From: Pelagibacterales bacterium MED-G40
GTDB taxonomy: Bacteria > Pseudomonadota > Alphaproteobacteria > Pelagibacterales > Pelagibacteraceae
NCBI GenBank assembly: GCA_002457515.1
Contig: NTJN01000005.1
Coordinates: forward strand, 403 to 64,402
Length of the DNA stretch: 64,000 bases
Reading direction: 5' to 3'
Shown: positions 39,399-49,424 of the stretch, piece after piece
How positions within the stretch are numbered: the first letter of the stretch is position 1
Layout: each line of letters begins with the position of its first letter
Notes under the pieces: generated by a model
What the model was told of the DNA's origin: nothing
What the model saw: only the letters and a program-made list of their open reading frames with translations
Database searches by the model: none
Program-made: the position numbers and the translations under genes

Positions 39399-39421
39399 TT
39401 AGCTACTCCTTATATAAATTT

Positions 39422-39496
39422 TGGCGGTCCCTAGGGGAATCGAACCCCTCTTTGCAGGATGAAAACCAGCTGTCCTAACCGATAGACGAAGGGACC
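39422..39496 (-). tRNA. tRNA-Glu(UUC)
   Basis: Reverse complement GGTCCCT...AGGGACC-G-CCA; anticodon arm GCTGG-TTTTCAT-CCTGC (one U:U pair); GTTCGATTC. Confidence 0.94.
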
Positions 39497-41259
39497 TTGT
39501 TTTTGATGTTCTTATTAACAGAAATGTCATCGATAATAAACTCTACATTTTTTTTACCTTTCCACTCATTAAGGCTTAACTTTCCTGCAATGTTAAATGT
39601 TTTTGGGGATTTTTTCAGTAGATAGGCGCCAATGTCATTTTCTACTGCATTAAAAGCAATGGTTTTAATGTTTGAGCCGTCTGGACCCAACAGAACTGAT
39701 TTAACATGTTTTTCGCCTACTATAGAGGAATTTACAGATTTTAAATTTTCTATACTAAATTTCGGTTCTGGATTTCCAGATCCAAAAGGTGATAAATAAT
39801 CTACTTTTTCATAAAAATCTATATTTAGAGCGGAAGGAGATATTACACTATCTATAAAAAGATTTTTTTGATTATTTATATCAATATTTATTGTCTGAAA
39901 CTTTTTATTTATAAATGATTTAAAACTATCAATCTGATTTATATTAATTGTAAAGCCGCCAGCCATTTTATGTCCGCCGCCTTTAATTAAAATCTTATCT
40001 TGGACTGCGCTAATAATAGCCTTTCCAATGTCAAAACCAACCACTGATCTAGCCGAAGCTTTACCAATATTATTATCTATTGAGATAATAATTGTCGGTT
40101 TGTTGAACTTGTCTTTAATTTTTGAAGCAATGATTCCAATTATTCCTTCGTGCCAATTATTACCTGTTAAAACAATTACAGAGTCACAAAGATTTTTGGA
40201 TATTGAGCTGTTCAAATTATTTAGTAAATTATTTTCTAAATTTTTTCTCTCATTATTAAACCCATCAAGGTCAGAAACCAGTTTAAAAGTTTTTCTTGAA
40301 TCAGTACTTAATAACAATTCAGCACCATGCGAACATTTTCCTACTCTTCCACCAGCATTAATTCTTGGCCCTATAACATAACCTAAATGATAAGATGAGG
40401 GAGTGGTTTCAATTTTACAATATTCAAATAAAGTTTTTAATCCTAAATTTTTTTTACTTTTTAAAATTTTTAATCCTTGTTTAACAATAGCTCTATTTAA
40501 TCCTACTAATGGAACAACATCGCAAACTGTGCCTAATGAAACTAGGTCTAAGTAATTAATGAGATTTGGTTCTTTAATGTCATTTTTAAGAAACCAGTTA
40601 TCGTCTCTTAATTTCCGATTTAAAGCTACAAGAAACATGAAACAAACACCAGCAGCGCATAAATAATTAAGTTCCGAAGTATCATCTAATCTATTTGGAT
40701 TTACGATTGAAAAAGCCTCTGGAAGTTTAACATCTGATTGGTGATGATCTAGGACTATAACATCAGTATTTAATGATTTTGCAAAGTTTATAGGTCTGAA
40801 TGATAATGTGCCACAATCAACTGTAAAAATTAGTTTTGAACCACCGTCAATTAGTTTTTTGAAACCTTTTTCGTTAGGCCCGTATCCTTCACTTTTTCTA
40901 TCAGGGATATAAATACTAAAGTCATGTTTTATAACTTTAAAGAAATTACCTAATAATGCAGTAGATGTAGCACCATCAACATCATAGTCACCAAAAATTC
41001 CTATTTTTTCTTTGTTTGTTATCGCTTGGCATGTACGCTGTACAGCTAAATCCATTCCTTTCAACTTGAGAGGATTTGGTAAAATATTTTTTATTGTTGG
41101 GTTTAAAAAGTTTTTTACACTTTCTTTTTTAACCTTTCTTATAGCTAATAATTTAGAGGTAATCTCATCTAAAAAAAAATTATCTTTAAAATAATTAAGA
41201 TCATTGCTGTCAAATTTTTTAAGAATCCAACTTTTTCCTGTTAAAGAATTAAAGTTCAT
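39475..41259 (-). CDS. recJ: Single-stranded DNA exonuclease RecJ
   Basis: GDYDVDG, VDCG, DHH, PRINAGGR, GGGH.MAGG, PFGSGNP. Confidence 0.97.
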   Translation of the reverse strand: MNFNSLTGKSWILKKFDSNDLNYFKDNFFLDEITSKLLAIRKVKKESVKNFLNPTIKNILPNPLKLKGMDLAVQRTCQAITNKEKIGIFGDYDVDGATSTALLGNFFKVIKHDFSIYIPDRKSEGYGPNEKGFKKLIDGGSKLIFTVDCGTLSFRPINFAKSLNTDVIVLDHHQSDVKLPEAFSIVNPNRLDDTSELNYLCAAGVCFMFLVALNRKLRDDNWFLKNDIKEPNLINYLDLVSLGTVCDVVPLVGLNRAIVKQGLKILKSKKNLGLKTLFEYCKIETTPSSYHLGYVIGPRINAGGRVGKCSHGAELLLSTDSRKTFKLVSDLDGFNNERKNLENNLLNNLNSSISKNLCDSVIVLTGNNWHEGIIGIIASKIKDKFNKPTIIISIDNNIGKASARSVVGFDIGKAIISAVQDKILIKGGGHKMAGGFTININQIDSFKSFINKKFQTINIDINNQKNLFIDSVISPSALNIDFYEKVDYLSPFGSGNPEPKFSIENLKSVNSSIVGEKHVKSVLLGPDGSNIKTIAFNAVENDIGAYLLKKSPKTFNIAGKLSLNEWKGKKNVEFIIDDISVNKNIKNKVPSSIG

Positions 41260-42197
41260 TTTTTGTGTAAATTTGTAACTTTTTTATTTGTTTTTGAATC
41301 TTTATGTAAAACAAAGGTTGTTGCTGAAAAACTATCTGAATTATTTACAATACCTTTAACTAAATCTCCATCGGTAATTCCAGTGGCACAAAAAATTACG
41401 TCACCTTTTACAATTTCTTCAATATTATATTTTTTGTTAATATCCTTTATTCCGAGTTTATGAGCTCTTTTCTTCTGTTCTTCATCTAGAACTAATCTTG
41501 TTTGAATTTGTCCTCCTAAACAACTTAAAGCAGCTGCTGCTAGTACTCCCTCTGGACCTCCTCCAATACCTAAATAAATGTCGTTCTTTGAATTTTGATC
41601 TATTACTGATATGGCACCACTGACATCGCCGTCAGATATAAAATTAATATTAACTTTCATCTTTATTAAACTTTCTACTATTTTTTTATGTCTGGGACGG
41701 TCTAACAAACAAGCATTTAGTTGATCTGGTTTAATATTTTTTGCTTCAGCTAAAATCTTAATGTTAGTTTCGACACTGTTATCTAAATCTAATAAATTAG
41801 GAGGCAAATTTGAACCTACTGCTATCTTCTCCATATAAGTGTCTGGTGCAGACAAAAGGTTTCCTTTTTTTGTTGCTGCAAGAACAGAGAATGAGTTAGG
41901 AAGATTTTTTGCTACAAAATTTGTGCCTTCTAAAGGATCGATTGCAATATCTATTTCCTCACCCTTATTAGTACCGACCTTTTCTCCTATATATAGCATT
42001 GGTGCTTCGTCCATTTCACCTTCTCCAATAACAACAGTGCCTTTCATTTCAATTTTATTTAATTCTTTTCTCATTAAATCAACCGCACCCTTATCCGCAG
42101 CGATTTTATCACCTTTACCTATAAATAAAGAAGCTCCATAAGCCGCTTTTTCTGTAGCTAAAACAAACTTGTTTAATAGATTAATACTTAAACTCAT
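41256..42197 (-). CDS. glpX: Fructose-1,6-bisphosphatase class II
   Basis: VIGEGEMDEAPML, DPLEGT, DGDV, GGPEGV, TGITDG. Confidence 0.96.
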   Translation of the reverse strand: MSLSINLLNKFVLATEKAAYGASLFIGKGDKIAADKGAVDLMRKELNKIEMKGTVVIGEGEMDEAPMLYIGEKVGTNKGEEIDIAIDPLEGTNFVAKNLPNSFSVLAATKKGNLLSAPDTYMEKIAVGSNLPPNLLDLDNSVETNIKILAEAKNIKPDQLNACLLDRPRHKKIVESLIKMKVNINFISDGDVSGAISVIDQNSKNDIYLGIGGGPEGVLAAAALSCLGGQIQTRLVLDEEQKKRAHKLGIKDINKKYNIEEIVKGDVIFCATGITDGDLVKGIVNNSDSFSATTFVLHKDSKTNKKVTNLHKK

Positions 42198-43492
42198 TAA
42201 ATATTTTCTATTCTAATCAATTTTGGTTTTTTTAAAATGAAATTTTTCTTACTTAACTGAGTAACTATTTTAGTCAGTTTATCATCTTTAGACTCATGAG
42301 TAATTATTGTTATAGATGAGTACTTTTTGGAGTTATACGGACTTTGAATTAACCTTTTAATTGAAACACTATTTTTTGCCAATATTTTTGTGATATTTGA
42401 AAGAACTCCATGTTTATCAACTACTTCCAATCTTAAATAAGATGAAAAATTTTTACTATTAATTTTTTCAAATCTTAATGATCTTCTTTTTTTGTAAGGT
42501 ATTACAAATGGAAATTTTATGTTTCCGCGCATTATAGATGAGATATCAGAGATTAAAGCGGATGTAGTTGGTTCTGGGCCAGCTCCCTCACCTTGAATAA
42601 CTGTTTGTCCTGCGGGTTTTCCCTCAATAATAACGGCATTTAAAACACCATCTATTTTTGCGATATATGAGTCTTTCTTGATTAAACAGGGATGAACACG
42701 TTGTGTTATTTTGTTATCTTTAAACTCTGATATTCCAATTAATTTAATCTTATAACCTAACAAGTTGGCATTTGATATGTCTATGTGATCAATATTATTT
42801 ATTCCTTCTAAATGTATGTCTTTATTATTAATATAAGAATTAAAACATAGCGAAGTTAAAATTTCTAACTTAGAAGCTACATCTTGACCATTAATATCTG
42901 AAATAGGATTAGATTCCGCATATCCAAGTTGTTTTGCCTTTTGTAATGCTGATTTGTATTCAATATTTTGTTTGTCCATAGAGGAAAGAATAAAATTTGA
43001 AGTACCATTAAATATACCATAAATTTTTTGTATAGAATTAGCTATTAACCCTTCCTTTAAAGATCTGACAATTGGAACACCCCCACACACTGCAGCTTCG
43101 AATTCTAAATTAACTTTATTATTCTCAGCAATTTTTGATAATTTGTCACCATGTTTAGCAATTAAAGCTTTATTAGCAGTTACAACATGTTTTTTATTTT
43201 TTAAAGCAGCAAAAACCAACTTTTTGGCAGCTCCATCAGAACCTCCGATTAATTCAACCACAATATCAACTTTAGGATGGCTAGCTGCATCCAGATAATT
43301 TCCAAGCCATTTTGATTTTGGAATATTTATACCTCTTTTCTTTTGTTTATTCTTTGCAGATACGAAAATTACATTAGGGGCAATACTAGTTTTTTTTCTC
43401 AGTAAATTTCTCTTTTTTAGTAAATATTTATAAAGATAAGATCCTATAGTTCCCAAACCTATAATAGCTATATTTATATTCTTTTTATTCAT
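42197..43492 (-). CDS. hom: Homoserine dehydrogenase with ACT domain
   Basis: GLGTIG, VTANKA, EAAVCGGVP, NGTSNF, GAG.EPT. Confidence 0.95.
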   Translation of the reverse strand: MNKKNINIAIIGLGTIGSYLYKYLLKKRNLLRKKTSIAPNVIFVSAKNKQKKRGINIPKSKWLGNYLDAASHPKVDIVVELIGGSDGAAKKLVFAALKNKKHVVTANKALIAKHGDKLSKIAENNKVNLEFEAAVCGGVPIVRSLKEGLIANSIQKIYGIFNGTSNFILSSMDKQNIEYKSALQKAKQLGYAESNPISDINGQDVASKLEILTSLCFNSYINNKDIHLEGINNIDHIDISNANLLGYKIKLIGISEFKDNKITQRVHPCLIKKDSYIAKIDGVLNAVIIEGKPAGQTVIQGEGAGPEPTTSALISDISSIMRGNIKFPFVIPYKKRRSLRFEKINSKNFSSYLRLEVVDKHGVLSNITKILAKNSVSIKRLIQSPYNSKKYSSITIITHESKDDKLTKIVTQLSKKNFILKKPKLIRIENI

Positions 43493-43496
43493 ATTT

Positions 43497-44150
43497 TCAC
43501 TCTATAGAAAGATTTGGATAATCTTTATTTTTTCCAACTTTCATCAAAAAGTCAGAAATCTCATCTATCTCACATTTATTTAAAAGAGAACAAATCTCTT
43601 CATATTGAACAACTTGTTTGTTAATTTCTTTGTCAACTTTATCTTTTTTAGTTTCTTTTACAAGTTTCTTTTCTTTAAAAGTATCTTTTCTAGCTTTAAC
43701 TAGTTTATTTTCTTCTTGTAATTTTTTCTTTTCTTCTTTTAACTTTAATTTAGCATTTTTTTTTTTCTCAATTTGATTTTTATTTTTAATTTTTTTTAAA
43801 TTTTTTAGTTTTTCTTTCTCTTGTTTTTTTCTCAATTTAACTAATTTTTTCTCATCAGCAAGTTTCTTTTTGATAATCTCTTTTTCTTTTTTAGATAATA
43901 TTCTTGGATCAGTCTTAGCTTTATTATTTAAATTATCTTTTTCAAAATTATCATTCGTATTTAATTTAACTAAATCATAAGTTTTGACTTTTTCATCTTT
44001 ATAAACTTTAATTTCTAATGAAAGGTTCTCAGCAAAATAAGTCTCAGCTTCTTTTTTGTTTATGCATTCTCTATCACCACAAATAAAAACCTTTTTTCCA
44101 GTAGAGCAAGAAATGAGGAAAAAAATTGACAATATTACGATAAATTTCAT
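43497..44150 (-). CDS. Hypothetical lipoprotein with Lys/Glu-rich coiled-coil
   Basis: Lipobox LISC, CGDREC, long K/E-rich stretch, C-terminal CSLLNKC; coupled to argC and hom. Confidence 0.7.
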   Translation of the reverse strand: MKFIVILSIFFLISCSTGKKVFICGDRECINKKEAETYFAENLSLEIKVYKDEKVKTYDLVKLNTNDNFEKDNLNNKAKTDPRILSKKEKEIIKKKLADEKKLVKLRKKQEKEKLKNLKKIKNKNQIEKKKNAKLKLKEEKKKLQEENKLVKARKDTFKEKKLVKETKKDKVDKEINKQVVQYEEICSLLNKCEIDEISDFLMKVGKNKDYPNLSIE

Positions 44151-45178
44151 TTAAGACTCATACTTTCTTTAAAATTGAATAAAAGATTCATATTTTGTAC
44201 TGCTTGGCCTGAAGCTCCTTTTATTAAATTATCTATTGCTGAAAAAACAACAATGCGATTTTTGTCTCTTCCTTGACATACTGAAATTTCACAATAATTA
44301 GTATTAATTACGTTACCCGTTCCTAATGGCTTATTAATTTTAACAATTTTTATGAAAGTGTTGTCTTTATAAAAGTTTTTTAATGCCTTGTATATTGTAT
44401 TAATTTTAATATTTTTTTTTAGCTCTAAATGTACAGAAGACAATAGGCCCCTAAAAAAAGGAAGGATATGTGGATTAAAACTATATTCAATTTTACCTTT
44501 CTTAATGTTATCAAATTCTTGATCCAATTCAGACATATGTCTATGCATATTAGTTTTATACGCTTGGATAGATGAAAAAAAATTTTTATGCTTAAACTTA
44601 GTTTTAAATCCCTTTCCAGCTCCAGAATATCCTGACTTTGAGTCTATTATTATATTTTTTTTGTTAATCAAATTTTTTTTTATTAAAGGCATAAGCGCCA
44701 GCTGGATAGAGGTTGGATAACAACCGGGATTTGCAATAATTCTAAATTTTTTTAATTTATCTCTAGAAAATTCTGAGATGGAATATGTAGAATCTTTTAT
44801 CAAGTGTTTTGCTGAGTGATTTATTCCGTACCAAGCTTTGTATATATTTGGTTTTTTAATCCTAAAATCAGCTGATAAATCAATGAACTTAATTTTTTTG
44901 TATTTGAATAACTTTTTTACAAGTTTTTGTGCTTCTCCATTAGGTAGTGATAAAAATAAAACGTCAATTTGAGACCAATCTACTTTTTTTAAATTTGATA
45001 TTTTTGGAAGTTTTTTTTTGATGCTTTTATCAAAAAATTGAATATTTTTTCCCAAATTTTTTGTAGCACAAAGATTTGTTAAGTTAACTTTCGGATGCTT
45101 AGAAAGTATTTTAACTAAGTCCAAACCTACAAAACCTGTTGCTCCTGCAATAGCAATATTTATTTTTTTGATAGCCAT
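44147..45178 (-). CDS. argC: N-acetyl-gamma-glutamyl-phosphate reductase
   Basis: GATGFVG, DLSADFR, ANPGCYPT, SGAG, DNLIKGASGQA. Confidence 0.97.
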   Translation of the reverse strand: MAIKKINIAIAGATGFVGLDLVKILSKHPKVNLTNLCATKNLGKNIQFFDKSIKKKLPKISNLKKVDWSQIDVLFLSLPNGEAQKLVKKLFKYKKIKFIDLSADFRIKKPNIYKAWYGINHSAKHLIKDSTYSISEFSRDKLKKFRIIANPGCYPTSIQLALMPLIKKNLINKKNIIIDSKSGYSGAGKGFKTKFKHKNFFSSIQAYKTNMHRHMSELDQEFDNIKKGKIEYSFNPHILPFFRGLLSSVHLELKKNIKINTIYKALKNFYKDNTFIKIVKINKPLGTGNVINTNYCEISVCQGRDKNRIVVFSAIDNLIKGASGQAVQNMNLLFNFKESMSLK

Positions 45179-45221
45179 TATTATTTATATCATTGATGTT
45201 AAAAAGAAGAAATTAAATGAT

Positions 45222-45671
45222 TTATCTTTTAGAAAACTGGAAGCTTCTTCTTGCTTTTCTATGGCCGTATTTTTTTCTTTCAACGACTCTCGAGTCTCTG
45301 GTCGTCAATTTTTCTTTCTTCAAATCTTTCTTTAAATTATGGTCAAAACTAACCAAAGCTCTTGATAGTCCATGAATTATTGCACCTGCTTGACCTGACA
45401 AACCACCGCCTTTAACTGAACACTTGACGTCATAAGAGCTCAATGATTTTGAAACTTCAAGTGGTCGTGTCACAATAATTTGATGAACTGGTCTTTTAAA
45501 ATACTCGTTCATTTTCATTCCATTTACAAATATATTTCCAGAACCCTTCTTAACCCAAACTTTTGCTATAGATTTTTTTCTTCTTCCTGTTGCGTATTTT
45601 CCTTCAGTGAAGTTTAATTTAATTTTCTTTTTTTTTATGTTGGCTGTTAAATCTGATTGTAGATTGTCCAT
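45222..45671 (-). CDS. rpsI: 30S ribosomal protein S9
   Basis: TGRRK, GGGLSGQAGA, ERKKYG, QFSKR. Confidence 0.98.
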   Translation of the reverse strand: MDNLQSDLTANIKKKKIKLNFTEGKYATGRRKKSIAKVWVKKGSGNIFVNGMKMNEYFKRPVHQIIVTRPLEVSKSLSSYDVKCSVKGGGLSGQAGAIIHGLSRALVSFDHNLKKDLKKEKLTTRDSRVVERKKYGHRKARRSFQFSKR

Positions 45672-46132
45672 TAATTTTTTCTTGTATTTTTTGAATTTAA
45701 TTTTGAAAAATCTACCACTTCAGGTTTTTGTATATCGTGAGGATGTTGGTCACCAATATACATTTTTAATTTAGATAATTGTTTCTTGGCTAAAGGACCT
45801 CCAGGCAACATTCTTTGAACTGCTAACCTAAGAATATCTTGTGTTTTGCTTCTGTCTTTTAGAATTCTAGGAGTGGTTTGCTTTATGCCTCCAGGATGGC
45901 CAGTGTGTTTATAATATATTTTATTTGTTAATTTTTTACCAGTAAATTTCATTTTGTTAATATTTGTTACTATAACGAAGTCGCCGTTATCCATGTGTTT
46001 ATTATAAGTCGGTTTGTTTTTCCCTCTTAATACATTTGATATGTAAGCAGCCAATCTTCCCACAACTGCATTTTCGGCATTTATTAAATACCAATTGTTT
46101 CTTATTTCTTTCTTTTTAATAAAGGGTGTCAT
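45671..46132 (-). CDS. rplM: 50S ribosomal protein L13
   Basis: GRLA, GK.KP.Y..H.D.GD, HTGHPGG, MLP. Confidence 0.98.
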   Translation of the reverse strand: MTPFIKKKEIRNNWYLINAENAVVGRLAAYISNVLRGKNKPTYNKHMDNGDFVIVTNINKMKFTGKKLTNKIYYKHTGHPGGIKQTTPRILKDRSKTQDILRLAVQRMLPGGPLAKKQLSKLKMYIGDQHPHDIQKPEVVDFSKLNSKNTRKN

Positions 46133-46146
46133 TTTAATTAGGGCGA

Positions 46147-46175
46147 TAAATACTCACAAAATTTAATAAAGTCAA
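46147..46175 (-). promoter_or_regulatory. Possible promoter of rplM-rpsI
   Basis: TTGACT-N17-TATTTA followed by GC-rich discriminator TCGCCC on the minus strand. Confidence 0.45.
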
Positions 46176-47198
46176 TTAATTAATAGATTTATAATAAAAA
46201 TTTATAGTTAAAATTATTAAAATTATGCTCGAAATTTGATGCATAGAAGCAACTATTATATTTAGATCAGTTAATAATGCCAAAATACCTAAAAATATTT
46301 GCAAAAGTATAAAAACTAATAAGTAAAAGTAAGCTTTGTACAAATAAATCCTGTTTGTTTTTTTAATAAAATAACCAATATAGATAGTTAGAAAAAAAAT
46401 TACATAGGCAACATTTCGATGAATAAATTGTACAATGCTTCTGTCACCAAAATTAAAAAAATCTTTATAGTCTTTAATGACAACATCATTAGGAAAATAA
46501 GAGGTGTTCATTAAAGGCCATGTTTGATAAATTTTCCCAGCATCTAAACCTGAAACAAAAGCGCCTAGAATAATTTGTAAAAAAGCTAAAAAAATTAAAA
46601 TCTTTATTGAAATTGAATCCGTTTTATTTAAAAAAAAATTTTTATTTAAATTGTTATTTAAATTTAGGAAACACCAGACTAAACAAGAAAGTATAACAAA
46701 AGCAATTAATAAATGTGCTGAAAGTCTATAATGGCTCACATCAACTTTATCTACTAATCCACTTGAAACCATATACCAACCCATAAACCCCTGAAAGCAA
46801 ATTAATAAAAATACCAAATATAAATTATAAAGTTTTTTTATTTCAATTTTAAAAGAAAAATATATTAAAGGTAATAAAGCAACTAATCCAATTATTCTAC
46901 CAAGAAAACGATGTGCCCATTCCCACCAAAATATTATTTTAAAGTCATGCATTGTCATTGAAAAATTTTGTAACTTATATTCAGGAATTTCTTTGTATAA
47001 ATTAAAATAGTATATCCAGTCAGCTTGATTAAAGGGTGGTAAAATTCCTGAAAAAAGTTGCCACTGGGTAATAGACAACCCAGAGTCAGTCAATCGTGTC
47101 AGACCCCCAACTATTATCATTAAAATAATTAATAAAATAAGAGTTATTATCCATGATAAAAACACTTGGTTTAGTCTTTCATTAGAAAATCTTATCAT
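46176..47198 (-). CDS. ctaA: Heme A synthase (COX15/CtaA type 2)
   Basis: GGLTRLTDSGLSI, EWAHR, GWYMVSSGL, VSHYRL, QFIHR, HQ. Confidence 0.94.
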   Translation of the reverse strand: MIRFSNERLNQVFLSWIITLILLIILMIIVGGLTRLTDSGLSITQWQLFSGILPPFNQADWIYYFNLYKEIPEYKLQNFSMTMHDFKIIFWWEWAHRFLGRIIGLVALLPLIYFSFKIEIKKLYNLYLVFLLICFQGFMGWYMVSSGLVDKVDVSHYRLSAHLLIAFVILSCLVWCFLNLNNNLNKNFFLNKTDSISIKILIFLAFLQIILGAFVSGLDAGKIYQTWPLMNTSYFPNDVVIKDYKDFFNFGDRSIVQFIHRNVAYVIFFLTIYIGYFIKKTNRIYLYKAYFYLLVFILLQIFLGILALLTDLNIIVASMHQISSIILIILTINFYYKSIN

Positions 47199-47248
47199 CA
47201 AGAAAGTATATAAATTAATTCAAAAATGAATATAATAATAATGTCGCT

Positions 47249-47530
47249 ATGAAAAACAAAAACATAATAAAAGTAAGAAAAAAATTAGATAAATTAGATG
47301 ATAAATTGCTCGTAATATTTAAAAAGCGAACTTTGCTTGTAAATAAAATTCTTAGTTCCAAAACTTACAAAAATCAAATTGTCGATAAAAAAAGGATAAA
47401 GATTATCCTTAAAAGAATTAAGAAAAAGTCTCAAAAAAACAAAATAGATCCTAAGATCACTCTTAAAATTTGGAAATCTATAATAGCTGCCTATATTGAT
47501 TACGAGTTTAGAAATTTCAAAAGAAAATAA
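47249..47530 (+). CDS. Chorismate mutase (AroQ type)
   Basis: RKKLDKLD..L....KR...V....K....VD..R pattern. Confidence 0.8.
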   Translation: MKNKNIIKVRKKLDKLDDKLLVIFKKRTLLVNKILSSKTYKNQIVDKKRIKIILKRIKKKSQKNKIDPKITLKIWKSIIAAYIDYEFRNFKRK

Positions 47531-47531
47531 T

Positions 47532-47723
47532 CTACTTACTGTGAGGTGGTAATTTCTTTTCAACAAAGAATTCATGCTTTCTTGTTGATGGATTATATTT
47601 TTTAAGCTTTAGTTTATTTTTTACTTTTTCACCTTTGGTTGGTTTTTTTACATAGTAAAAAAAAGAACTATCAGGTTTGGACTCTGGAACTAGTCGAACT
47701 TTTTGATGTGATTTTTTAGCCAT
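47532..47723 (-). CDS. rpmG: 50S ribosomal protein L33 (Cys-less)
   Basis: KL.LKKYNP..RKH..F.EKK. Confidence 0.92.
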   Translation of the reverse strand: MAKKSHQKVRLVPESKPDSSFFYYVKKPTKGEKVKNKLKLKKYNPSTRKHEFFVEKKLPPHSK

Positions 47724-48092
47724 TTATTTTTTTAATCCTTTAATTCTTTTTAACAACTCTCTAGATTTAATTTTTATTTCCTTTTTAAAATATCCTGCTT
47801 TTATACTTGATGAATTAAAATCGTCAAGATTATTAATATTGCTATTTAAGACTTTCTTTGCCCCATTAATTGTCAAACCTTGATCTTTTAAAAGATATTT
47901 AATCAAACTTATTTTTTCTACATCTTTAATTGAATAGTATCTTCTGTTTCCTGACAAAATTGTAGGTTTTAACTGTCTGAACTGACTCTCCCAAAATCTT
48001 ATTGTATGAGTTGAAGGCTTACCATTTTTTTTATTTATAAGATTAAGTTTTATTGCTAGTTCACTAATACTAATAAAATTGTTTTTAGACAT
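47724..48092 (-). CDS. MerR-family HTH regulator
   Basis: HTIRFWE.QF..LKP, RRYY, GLTINGAKK; follows ihfA as in alphaproteobacteria. Confidence 0.88.
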   Translation of the reverse strand: MSKNNFISISELAIKLNLINKKNGKPSTHTIRFWESQFRQLKPTILSGNRRYYSIKDVEKISLIKYLLKDQGLTINGAKKVLNSNINNLDDFNSSSIKAGYFKKEIKIKSRELLKRIKGLKK

Positions 48093-48387
48093 TGTTAATC
48101 TTTTTTTTTAAAATATCAGAAACCTTGAAAGACACAGTATTCCGTGGTTTGATTTCATACTCAACTTTCGTTTTCGGATTCCTTCCAAATCTTTTCTTTT
48201 TTTTTATTTTTCTAAATGTGCCAAAATTATCTATTTTAATAAGTGCATCATTTTTAAGACTTTTTATTAATAGTTCTATAGTATCATTAAAAAAATTTTC
48301 TATATAAAGTTTAGGCAAACCAAACCTTTTATTTAATTCTTCACATATTTGTTTTTTACTTATATTTTCTCTTTTAATTTTTGGCAT
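48085..48387 (-). CDS. ihfA: Integration host factor alpha (HU/IHF family)
   Basis: NFGTF, GRNPKT, SFKVS; plsX-ihfA-merR synteny. Confidence 0.85.
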   Translation of the reverse strand: MPKIKRENISKKQICEELNKRFGLPKLYIENFFNDTIELLIKSLKNDALIKIDNFGTFRKIKKKKRFGRNPKTKVEYEIKPRNTVSFKVSDILKKKINNV

Positions 48388-49411
48388 CTATATGCTTTAA
48401 ATTATTTTTTATTTTATTCATCAGATCTCCTTTAATAATTCTGTAACAAAGATCGATAGAATGATAAAAGCCAATGGCATCAGTTGACCCGTGGCTTTTA
48501 ACAACAGGTCCTTTTAGTCCTAAAAAAATTGCACCATTATATTTTCTAGGATCAAGTTTTTTTTTGAATTTTTTAAGTGAGAAGTAAGAAAAGATTAAAG
48601 AAAACTTTGATAAAAAATTTTCCATTAATGATTCTTTAAGTGAGTCAGTAAGAAACTTTGCTGTTCCTTCAGCGGTTTTTAAAGCTACATTTCCTGTAAA
48701 TCCGTCCGTAACTATAATATTACTATTTCCATCAAAAATTTGATTTCCCTCTATGTAACCAGTAAATTCAAAATCTCCATAATTACTTAGTTCTTTAAGT
48801 TTAGAATGAGCTTTTTTAATTATTTCAGTCCCTTTGATTTCTTCTGAGCCAATATTAAGCAACGAAACTTTTGGTTTTTCATCACCGTACAAAGATTTAT
48901 AGAGAGCAGAACCCATTTCTGAAAAATCTACTAAATTATTTTCATCGCATTCAATATTTGCACCCAAATCTAAAACAACACTGACACCTTTTTTTGTTGG
49001 CCATATTCCAGCGAGAGCAGGTTTATTAACTTTGTCTATAGTTTTTAAAAGCATCCTTGATATTACAAACAAGACCCCTGTATTTCCTGCAGATAAAGAT
49101 ATGTGCGCACCATCATCTATTTGTGAATTAATTGAATTCCACATACTGCTATTTTTAGAGTTTTTTATAGCAGTTAGTGGTGTTTCATCGTCTGATACTA
49201 CGGTTAGGGTGTTTAAAATTTCTATTTTATCTTTGTTTATATTATTTTTATTTAATTCTTCTATTATCTTGTTCTCATCTCCGTAAATTTTAAAATAAAA
49301 GTCTTCCTTATTTTTGTTTTGTTTTAAAAATAAACCAAGACCTTCTATATTTTTTTTTGGTGCATTTTCACCTCCCATTGCATCAATAGCAATTACGACT
49401 TTATTATTCAT
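48374..49411 (-). CDS. plsX: Phosphate acyltransferase PlsX
   Basis: IDAMGG, SAGNTG, LDLGAN, NIGSEE.KG, DGFTGN, KSHG. Confidence 0.97.
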   Translation of the reverse strand: MNNKVVIAIDAMGGENAPKKNIEGLGLFLKQNKNKEDFYFKIYGDENKIIEELNKNNINKDKIEILNTLTVVSDDETPLTAIKNSKNSSMWNSINSQIDDGAHISLSAGNTGVLFVISRMLLKTIDKVNKPALAGIWPTKKGVSVVLDLGANIECDENNLVDFSEMGSALYKSLYGDEKPKVSLLNIGSEEIKGTEIIKKAHSKLKELSNYGDFEFTGYIEGNQIFDGNSNIIVTDGFTGNVALKTAEGTAKFLTDSLKESLMENFLSKFSLIFSYFSLKKFKKKLDPRKYNGAIFLGLKGPVVKSHGSTDAIGFYHSIDLCYRIIKGDLMNKIKNNLKHIDAKN

Positions 49412-49424
49412 TTCAAAATTATTG

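Noticed and set aside
39450-39470. U:U mismatch in the tRNA-Glu anticodon stem as a sign of a pseudo-tRNA
   Set aside because: All other arms, the T-loop and the CCA are intact; single mismatches are tolerated
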